A stretch of DNA of 64,000 nucleotides from Candidatus Thorarchaeota archaeon (GTDB lineage Archaea; Asgardarchaeota; Thorarchaeia; Thorarchaeales; Thorarchaeaceae): the NCBI GenBank assembly GCA_048884965.1, contig JBHLQH010000006.1, forward strand, positions 1 through 64,000, given 5' to 3'. Shown here piece by piece: positions 8,731 through 16,100 of the stretch. A model generated the notes under the pieces. That model was given only the letters and a program-made list of their open reading frames with translations, was not told the origin of the DNA and did no database searches. The first letter of the stretch is position 1. Every line of letters begins with the position of its first letter. Both the position numbers and the translations under genes were made by a program.

Positions 8731-10922
8731 CCGCCACTCTTGATATTCCTTCTCAAGTTCATAGGATTCTGGAGCAGGTAGGCCTAGAGCCAAGAGGTGT
8801 ACAATCCGAGTCTATTGAGAAAGGTCTCCTCGATGGTGGTAGTATTCTGGTGTGTAGCCCCACAGGGTCTGGGAAGACATTGGTTGGTGAGATTGCTTTG
8901 TTGCGCTCGGTGACATCGGGGAAACGAGGTCTCTATCTCACCCCCTTGAGAGCATTGGCAGATCAGATTTTCGATACACTCAAAGAACGCTACACACCAC
9001 TGGGCATCAGAATTGGTATCTCTACAGGAGATTTCCAGACAGACGGCTCAGCTCTTGAGGAGTATGACATCATTGTATCTACCTATGAGAGAGCTGATTC
9101 ACTTCTAAGGCATAAATCCCCATGGATGGAACAAGTAGCTACATTAGTTGTGGATGAGATACAGACAATTTCTGAAGGGAACCGTGGTGCCCGATTAGAG
9201 TCTGTCATCATACGTTTTAAGCGAATAGTTGAGAATCTACAGATAATTGCCCTTTCTGCTACGATAGGGTTCCCAGAACAGCTTGCTGACTGGTTAGGTT
9301 GCAGACTGGTTGAGTCTATTGACCGACCAGTCCCACTACTATGCAATGTCATAGCGAAACCAAACAAAGAGGCAGCTGTCCTGAAGTATGTTATGACGAC
9401 AATTCAAAAAGATGGGCAAGTGCTAGTATTCCATAGGACTCGGAGAGAGGCTGAAGCAGAAGCTCGGCGGCTAGCAGAACATGTGGGAAAGCAACTCACT
9501 CAGAATGAGCGAGAGTATCTCGTTTCCGAGCTTGATTCTATTGAGCATTGGAATGCAAATATCCCAAAGGATTTGCGCTCTCTGCTTCATAATGGGATTG
9601 CATATCACCATGCAGGTCTTGGAGTCGGAGCGAGAAAGCTGGTCGAACATCTATTCAAGACTGGTAGAATAAGAGCAATATCTGCAACTACAACCTTATC
9701 ATCAGGAATGAATCTTCCAGCTCGTACTGTAGTAATTGCAAATGCTCGCTCTCCAATCGACTATAGACATATCATGCCGCCAAATCAAATGCACCAGATG
9801 TTAGGACGAGCTGGTCGGCCCGGTCTTGATTCTCGTGGTTATGGGGTTATTATTGCTGATAGTCGCGGACAGGCAGATGATATCATTCAGAAATCGTTTC
9901 TAAAACGAAGAGATGACACTCTGAACAAGGATATCCTCGAACCAAAATATGAGGCAGTGACCAGTGCATTCAGATCACCTGATGTCCTAGAGGAACAGCT
10001 GCTCGTGGCTCTTGATATGCTAAATGAAGCTAGCTTGGAAGAAATAGAGAATGGGATTTTTGGTGAAACTTACTTACTACACCAAGCAGTTCGTAACACC
10101 TATTCTCCAATGAGATTGATTTACTTAGATGCCATAGATGCTATGTCTGCTTTGGAATGTCACGCTCTTTCGGACACAATCCGCGCTGCCAGAGGTGGTG
10201 TCTTAGGAACGGTCAGAATTCGGGAGGTAAATGACTCTGTAATCGGAGGCATGGTTGCACAAAAAGGAGGTAACAATGCAACTTGCCGGTTTTCCACTCG
10301 CACCAGGCGAAGTGGAACTATTGAAGGGCCGATGTGCTCCTGTGGCCGCCCTATCGATGGGTCCGGCATCCTCTGCCCTCATCTTGTTACTCTAGGAATG
10401 ATGGCGTCAAAGGAGCATTCAGAAGTCGCCGACTATATTATTCCTCTCGCCTTAGGAGAATCAAGTCCGTCAGGTAGTCTGATTAGACTTCAACTAATAG
10501 AAGGCGCAGAAGATGGTCGGGTCAAGATAACACGTCTCGGACGACTCGTTTCCAGATTGTATCTACGTCCTGGTACAGCAAGAGAGCTTCTTGCTATGGT
10601 CCCTTTTGTTAAGGATACAGTGCAGCTAGTTTCGATGCTGAAGCATCTGGTGTCTCTTGAAAGCAATCAGACTATTGATGATACATTTGAGATGATGATA
10701 GGATTAGCAGCATCAACGAGAATGCATATGGTGGATATGGCTGAGGAACTCAATCTTTCTATTGGCGATCTCTCGTCACTATTGGAACGTTCTCGGTGGC
10801 TACTCTACTCAATTGCAGCGATTGCACGAGAAGGGAATCTGAGCTTTGTTTCCGAGCATGCTCAGCAACTATGGGAAGATATCGATTCACGGTTTTCAGG
10901 TGATGACAATGGCAATAACTGA
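8727..10922 (+). CDS. Hel308/Ski2-like SF2 helicase with inserted SWIM zinc finger
   Basis: SPTGSGKT, PLRALA, TYER, DEIQ, LSAT, HHAGL, TTTLSSGMNLPA, QMLGRAGRPG; CSC-x10-CPH; TRLGRLVSRLYL. Confidence 0.9.
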   Translation: MTATLDIPSQVHRILEQVGLEPRGVQSESIEKGLLDGGSILVCSPTGSGKTLVGEIALLRSVTSGKRGLYLTPLRALADQIFDTLKERYTPLGIRIGISTGDFQTDGSALEEYDIIVSTYERADSLLRHKSPWMEQVATLVVDEIQTISEGNRGARLESVIIRFKRIVENLQIIALSATIGFPEQLADWLGCRLVESIDRPVPLLCNVIAKPNKEAAVLKYVMTTIQKDGQVLVFHRTRREAEAEARRLAEHVGKQLTQNEREYLVSELDSIEHWNANIPKDLRSLLHNGIAYHHAGLGVGARKLVEHLFKTGRIRAISATTTLSSGMNLPARTVVIANARSPIDYRHIMPPNQMHQMLGRAGRPGLDSRGYGVIIADSRGQADDIIQKSFLKRRDDTLNKDILEPKYEAVTSAFRSPDVLEEQLLVALDMLNEASLEEIENGIFGETYLLHQAVRNTYSPMRLIYLDAIDAMSALECHALSDTIRAARGGVLGTVRIREVNDSVIGGMVAQKGGNNATCRFSTRTRRSGTIEGPMCSCGRPIDGSGILCPHLVTLGMMASKEHSEVADYIIPLALGESSPSGSLIRLQLIEGAEDGRVKITRLGRLVSRLYLRPGTARELLAMVPFVKDTVQLVSMLKHLVSLESNQTIDDTFEMMIGLAASTRMHMVDMAEELNLSIGDLSSLLERSRWLLYSIAAIAREGNLSFVSEHAQQLWEDIDSRFSGDDNGNN

Positions 10923-12561
10923 AGGAACTGCAGTAAAGGATGAACAAGAAGAAAAGGTGGCCTCTGAAGAAACTGAGGATGTCACAACACCTACAAGAGA
11001 CCATGACTACGATGTGCTGAGAGCACTAATAGCAACAGGACATCACGTTTGCGAATATCCAAATGGATTGGTACTTGGTGTACATATTGAGGGTATCCCA
11101 GGTCGACGTGGAGTACATGTGGATTCTGTCTATGTACTTGACTTGCGTCGTGCGTCTTTTGGAACTGCACGTCTTGCAATGCAGGCAGCCGTTTTGGAAA
11201 CGATAAATCGCGATATGTGTTCTGTATTGCAGGATATTGAAATGGATTACACTTTGACCACTGTGTCAAAACGGACAACGAAGGGAAAACTCATTCTTCC
11301 CATGCTCAAAGCAAATCAGAGTCACCCTGGAACGATGGTACATAACACACGAACAGTCTATGTTGTCACTGGGAATGAACGTCCAAAACTGGATCTTTCG
11401 TGGCTTACTGAGCCAAGCAGAGTCCTCCATGCAGACGATTTCCTCCTTGCAAGACGCTCTGATATGAGGTCATTCCTCTCTGAGATGCAAAATAGGGTTC
11501 TTCTGGATAAATGGGAACTTCTTGGCGATAGTATTAGGCAAGGCTGGTTTGGATTATTATCGTTGGTTTTTGCATCAATTAGTGCGTTCTCACTAATAGC
11601 TGCGCTGATGGTTCCAGAGGGAATTATTCTCATTCCAACACTTGCGACTGCATTAGGTGGGATTTTGGGTTTGTGGATGATTGATCGTTCAAGGAAGAAT
11701 TTGGATGAGTTCAATGTACTATTACGTGAGGAGGAGGCAAAGACCAACAGAGTTGGTGATGGCCATCGTATTGACGCTAGTATCTCTGAGAACGAGGAGA
11801 AGCTCAAATTACAGAGAGATTTAGGATTCGTAATATCTCCTCTTCTGGCATCTGTCGCTGGATCTATTAGCATTGGGGATTATGATGATGCCGTTTCATC
11901 AGCATGCTTGGTCCTTGATGAATGCGTTCGGTTCTCTCAAGCTGATGGGATTCCAATGGGCGATGAAGGTCTTGCCAAGTTCATCGGTCTTTTTGAAAGT
12001 TTCAATGCTGAATTCGATGAAGCAGAACTGTCGATTTGCTATGCCGGCTTGACCAATCACCTAGTTTCACCTTTGGGTGAGGAGGAGATTCTAAGGCAGT
12101 GTACAGTATTGTCAGATTCACTCTATAATGTTGGCATTCTGAAACCTACAGTAAAGGATAGAATCGACGATCTAATGAACCAGAGAGCGTTGAAAGAGAA
12201 TCTCAGGTATCTTGATCACGCAATTGATGTAGATAATGAATCTCATGAAGAAGGAGGTGACGGAGATGATGACTCTTGGTTCACTGATGAAATGCTCCAA
12301 GAGAATTTAGCTTCAAAAGAAGAATTCGATTCTATTCCAGTTTTAATCGCATACACTCATCCAGATGATTTGGACGAAGACGATATGGAGCAGACCGCAA
12401 AGCAGCTTGATGATCTGTCTGTTGCTGCAACTCAAACCTCTCCTCCTGATGATGTTGAGATGACTGCCAGTGATGTAGTCAATTCCGCTCATTCCAACAA
12501 GGGTTCGAGAAATTTGGATGACAAAGAGGATTCATTGGAGGATGATATTCCTGCTCGATAA
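10909..12561 (+). CDS. Membrane protein with central 2-TM hairpin and acidic C-terminal tail
   Basis: ATG 10909 after AGGTGA SD (track starts at 10846); two hydrophobic helices; D/E-rich last ~110 aa. Confidence 0.75.
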   Translation: MAITEGTAVKDEQEEKVASEETEDVTTPTRDHDYDVLRALIATGHHVCEYPNGLVLGVHIEGIPGRRGVHVDSVYVLDLRRASFGTARLAMQAAVLETINRDMCSVLQDIEMDYTLTTVSKRTTKGKLILPMLKANQSHPGTMVHNTRTVYVVTGNERPKLDLSWLTEPSRVLHADDFLLARRSDMRSFLSEMQNRVLLDKWELLGDSIRQGWFGLLSLVFASISAFSLIAALMVPEGIILIPTLATALGGILGLWMIDRSRKNLDEFNVLLREEEAKTNRVGDGHRIDASISENEEKLKLQRDLGFVISPLLASVAGSISIGDYDDAVSSACLVLDECVRFSQADGIPMGDEGLAKFIGLFESFNAEFDEAELSICYAGLTNHLVSPLGEEEILRQCTVLSDSLYNVGILKPTVKDRIDDLMNQRALKENLRYLDHAIDVDNESHEEGGDGDDDSWFTDEMLQENLASKEEFDSIPVLIAYTHPDDLDEDDMEQTAKQLDDLSVAATQTSPPDDVEMTASDVVNSAHSNKGSRNLDDKEDSLEDDIPAR

Positions 12562-13219
12562 GCAGTTTATTGACACAATCATGAAATCGGGTGGTATGCT
12601 ACATGTTTCTGGAGCGGCAGGTTCAGGAAAAACGCTCTTCGCTTCCATCCTTGCTTCTATCCTCTCGGAGAAAGGATATGTAGATTGGATTTCTACGGAT
12701 GGTAAGGCTGGATTCGTCAAACATATTCGAAGCAATCTCGAACATTATGGTGGAATTTCTTCGAATATATCTGTGACTAGGGTGATGGGATATGATGAAA
12801 CTTTACAGGTAATTCTATCAATGGACCAGCGTTTGAAGGAGAACACCCGACTTATCGTAATTGATTCAATAACCAGAGTTTTGGATATGTCACGAAACGA
12901 TCCTCTACTTTGGGGTCGCACGCTATTCGAGGATGCTTTGCCCACTCTTGCTTCAATCTCAGAAGGCAGGAGAGTGCCTATTGTTCTCATAAGCGAGATT
13001 CGAGAATCACAAGGTGTTCCAAGTGCAGTCTATCATGAGAAGATCCGTAAATGGGCGAAATGGGATCTAGTCTTTGAAAGACCACATGGATTGAATCAGT
13101 CCAAGATTCTTCAGGAAGGTGGAGGAGAAACTTCTCAAATGCAGATAGGCACTCTGCAACTGAATCCTGCCGGTTGGGCTAATCTGACAATTGAAATGAT
13201 ATCGATGGAGGTGCAATAA
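12542..13219 (+). CDS. RadB/Rad51-paralog-like RecA-fold ATPase
   Basis: Walker A GAAGSGKT, WISTDG, Walker B LIVIDSI; no N-terminal HhH; start uncertain (12518/12542). Confidence 0.8.
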   Translation: MIFLLDKQFIDTIMKSGGMLHVSGAAGSGKTLFASILASILSEKGYVDWISTDGKAGFVKHIRSNLEHYGGISSNISVTRVMGYDETLQVILSMDQRLKENTRLIVIDSITRVLDMSRNDPLLWGRTLFEDALPTLASISEGRRVPIVLISEIRESQGVPSAVYHEKIRKWAKWDLVFERPHGLNQSKILQEGGGETSQMQIGTLQLNPAGWANLTIEMISMEVQ

Positions 13220-14199
13220 TGATTGGAGGAGGTATGATTGGGAAGCTGATGAAGTGGGGGATTATGGCGGGTGTAGCCCTCGTAATAGGTACTGAATTGC
13301 TTTCATCTGTTTCATGGGTAGTTGTGAGCATGAGGACAGGTGACTATCTCCCTGTTGCCATAATTTGTGGTTTCACATTGACCTTACAAAGAATATCGTC
13401 AATTCTCAAGACTGACTCAAAGCTGGTCACCATTCTTGTAGATATCCTTGCAGGAGCTTCAATGTTGTATCTATTCTTCGTTGTTCTTATCGGACTCATT
13501 CCTTTTGGTCTTGTTGTAGCTATTGGTGGAGCTGGAGCCTCTCTTCTGCTTTCTATGATAATTCGGGATCCAACATCCATGCGAGAAACTCTCAGGGATT
13601 TGGTTGAATCCGCTGAGGTATATCGTGAAGGAGGTATCTCGCTGAATGGCAATCAAGATTATGTAAGTGGGAAGTACATTGAGAAACTGAATATTTCGAT
13701 TCTCCAGATTCCACATTACTATTTCAACGATGTAGTACGTATCCTTCAGAATCGTCCCATGCTTCCTGTTGCATTATTGCATTTAGAGGATGCTGATTTC
13801 CTATTCGTCCGGCAAAGTGTTGAATTAGATTGGACACGTCAAGTGAAACGTGTATTGCAGGATGAGGGATTAACTCAAATTACTACTGCTACACCTCTTT
13901 TGAAGAAATCACTCCTATTCTTACCTCTAATGGAGGAACAGCACGGATATCCTATGTCAGAATATGCTATAGCAGCCAAGGACGAATCCATTAGCACACT
14001 TTTGGCAACGAAACCATTACGAATGGTCGTATTTCCCAGCTCATGCGGAATAAGAATCGTGGTCCGTAAAGAGAGTATTCTTGGTATTGACCTCTCTCCG
14101 ATTCCTCAACATCATCTACAGCAGATCATCTTAGGCCGAGAGGCCGAGGCAATCAAAACCATTCTTGATACTACGGAGGGAGTCATACCTGCCTATTGA
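13219..14199 (+). CDS. Membrane protein, ~4 N-terminal TM helices + soluble domain
   Basis: 326 aa; hydrophobic first ~115 residues; alternative ATG 13234 after GGAGGAGGT. Confidence 0.75.
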   Translation: MIGGGMIGKLMKWGIMAGVALVIGTELLSSVSWVVVSMRTGDYLPVAIICGFTLTLQRISSILKTDSKLVTILVDILAGASMLYLFFVVLIGLIPFGLVVAIGGAGASLLLSMIIRDPTSMRETLRDLVESAEVYREGGISLNGNQDYVSGKYIEKLNISILQIPHYYFNDVVRILQNRPMLPVALLHLEDADFLFVRQSVELDWTRQVKRVLQDEGLTQITTATPLLKKSLLFLPLMEEQHGYPMSEYAIAAKDESISTLLATKPLRMVVFPSSCGIRIVVRKESILGIDLSPIPQHHLQQIILGREAEAIKTILDTTEGVIPAY

Positions 14200-14911
14200 A
14201 ACAAAGAATCTTGATGAGATTGATGCATTTGACAAGCCGCTATTCAAACTTCATCCCCGCGTGCTTGATGCTGTCATAGGAAAGATCCTCCTTCCATCTC
14301 ATATCAGCGTCCTTCATGGAGAAGAACGCTTTCCTCTTACTGCGATTTCCCATGCTGTCATGATTGGAGCGGGCAAGAACAACAAACACGCGATCTATCT
14401 TGATTCTGGAAGTAACTTCAATCCTCAACTTATTCGAGTCCTTTCTCAGGGTGACGAAGAACATGTCCTAGATCGAATCAAGATTGCAAATCCATTGAGT
14501 CTTGCTGACCTAGAGATGATAATGGAATCAGTAGAGTCCATGGAAAATATCTCTTTGGTAGTCATTGACAGTCTCACCGGAATAATGAACATGAGTGCAG
14601 CTCCTGGAAGTAAAGAACGACAGCGGCAATTATTCAAGACATTGGAAGTACTTCGGAATATAGTACTTAGGTTGAATACTCATCTTCTGTTAACAGACCA
14701 CTCGGCCAAGAACTGGAGAACAGGTCAATCTCGTCCTGTTGGAGGAAATGTTATTGATCATGCTGTTGACAGTGTGATTCAAGTGACCACTCTTCAGGAA
14801 GTTCCTGATGCTGTACGGATAGATGTTGAACGAACTCCCATCACACCAAATCCTGGCGGTGTCATATTGAAGATTGGGCACAAAGGGATAAGGTCGATAA
14901 AATCTCCTTAG
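14165..14911 (+). CDS. RecA/RadB-fold protein with inactivated Walker A
   Basis: LDAVIG, HGEERFPLT at the P-loop position, IYLDSGSNFNP, Walker B LVVIDSL, RQRQL, RPVGGNVIDH; true start probably slightly downstream. Confidence 0.78.
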   Translation: MILRRESYLPIETKNLDEIDAFDKPLFKLHPRVLDAVIGKILLPSHISVLHGEERFPLTAISHAVMIGAGKNNKHAIYLDSGSNFNPQLIRVLSQGDEEHVLDRIKIANPLSLADLEMIMESVESMENISLVVIDSLTGIMNMSAAPGSKERQRQLFKTLEVLRNIVLRLNTHLLLTDHSAKNWRTGQSRPVGGNVIDHAVDSVIQVTTLQEVPDAVRIDVERTPITPNPGGVILKIGHKGIRSIKSP

Positions 14912-14917
14912 GAGGCT

Positions 14918-15916
14918 ATGTTGTTGGGTGTTAAGAATTGGAATGACCTAATCCCATGGAGATGGATTTCAGCGGATGAGCTCAAACCACGAGTTATCGC
15001 CATTGATGCACCAAACTATCTTACTCGCAGACATCAAGCATATGCCTATGGCACAAAGCAAAGCATTGAGCGAATTCCTACTTCTCATTTCTCAGCGTCT
15101 CTAGGAATAATCAAATCATTTCTATCAAAAGGTTTTCTTCCAGTGTTTGTTTTTGATGGCCCCCCGGAGGTGTTGAAGCGTCCTTCAAACCCCCATCTCA
15201 TCATAAAATCCTCAGAATTGTATAATCGCTACAGAAGTACGAAGAATCTGTTTGATACTCATATCGCTGAACCCCTCGCTAATAGCGCAGGGTTGTTCTG
15301 GTATTTCTCAGTTCTTCACATCAAAGAACTGTGCTCAGCGGCTGGCATTCCAGCGGTAACTGCTGCAAGCGAAGCCGAGATGACAGCAGCAGTTCTTGTT
15401 AAAGATGGGCTTGCAGGAACTACTCTCTCTAATGACGTAGATGCACTGCTATTTGGCAGTCCTCATGTGACCCGGACAATTCAACTAGGTAAGAATCTGA
15501 TTGAACGATGTTCTGCCGTGGATTTGGAATCAAACACCAAGCTCGATTTGAACAGATTACGTGATCTCGCCATTCTCTGTGGATGTGACTTTCATAATGG
15601 TGTGAAGGGAGTAGGACCCAGAAAAGGATCCGTTCTACTTCATAGATTTGGAAATCTCGAAAGAGTGTTGAAATCTAAAGCATATACCTCCTCGGAGATT
15701 GAGGAACTTCTGATTGCTCGTGAAGTATTCGAGGAACCAAGCTATATCTCCACGAAAGGTATGAATCTATCTTTATGTGCTCCAATACCTCATCAGCTGA
15801 TCGAGATTCTAGAACCTGTGCTGGGAAGAGAGCATGCAGAAACTCAAGCAAATGTCATTGTGAAACTCTGGAAGTCATTTGGAACTCATCAATCCACACT
15901 AGAACAGTGGGTGTAA
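14918..15916 (+). CDS. fen1: FEN1/XPG-family structure-specific nuclease (paralog) with PIP box
   Basis: IAIDA, FVFDG, SEAE, SNDVDALLFG, GCDF, GVKGVGP; C-terminal QSTLEQWV. Confidence 0.88.
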   Translation: MLLGVKNWNDLIPWRWISADELKPRVIAIDAPNYLTRRHQAYAYGTKQSIERIPTSHFSASLGIIKSFLSKGFLPVFVFDGPPEVLKRPSNPHLIIKSSELYNRYRSTKNLFDTHIAEPLANSAGLFWYFSVLHIKELCSAAGIPAVTAASEAEMTAAVLVKDGLAGTTLSNDVDALLFGSPHVTRTIQLGKNLIERCSAVDLESNTKLDLNRLRDLAILCGCDFHNGVKGVGPRKGSVLLHRFGNLERVLKSKAYTSSEIEELLIAREVFEEPSYISTKGMNLSLCAPIPHQLIEILEPVLGREHAETQANVIVKLWKSFGTHQSTLEQWV

Positions 15917-15920
15917 ATAT

Positions 15921-16100
15921 ATGACTCAGAAGGATCGACCCGAATTTCCTTGCATTGAATGTGGGGACTACACTTACTATGGATGTTCCCGTCAGATTTG
16001 TGGCCGATTCATTGTATGGAGAAAGTATCTAGAACTATCTGAAGTTAGGATGTCCAAGGGTCTCTCCATCTCGTCATTTCTGAATCGAAAAGCTTGCTAG
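15921..16100 (+). CDS. Unannotated 59-aa Cys4 metal-binding mini-protein
   Basis: Translated by hand: MTQKDRPEFPCIECGDYTYYGCSRQICGRFIVWRKYLELSEVRMSKGLSISSFLNRKAC; starts 4 nt after the fen stop, GGGTG upstream; just below the ORF-track size cutoff. Confidence 0.55.
   Translation: MTQKDRPEFPCIECGDYTYYGCSRQICGRFIVWRKYLELSEVRMSKGLSISSFLNRKAC

Noticed and set aside
3368-10922. Helicases as part of a CRISPR type IV (DinG) or other anti-phage defence system
   Set aside because: No Cas genes, repeat array, methylase or toxin/effector nuclease recognised; the companions are homologous-recombination proteins.
14165-14911. ImuA of an ImuABC mutasome
   Set aside because: The inactive RecA fold fits, but there is no Y-family or error-prone polymerase in the operon.
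97-16100. Operon as an integrated conjugative element or provirus
   Set aside because: No integrase, relaxase, primase, capsid gene, tRNA target or att repeats seen, and composition looks like the flanking genes. The left flank is outside the window, so this is not fully excluded.
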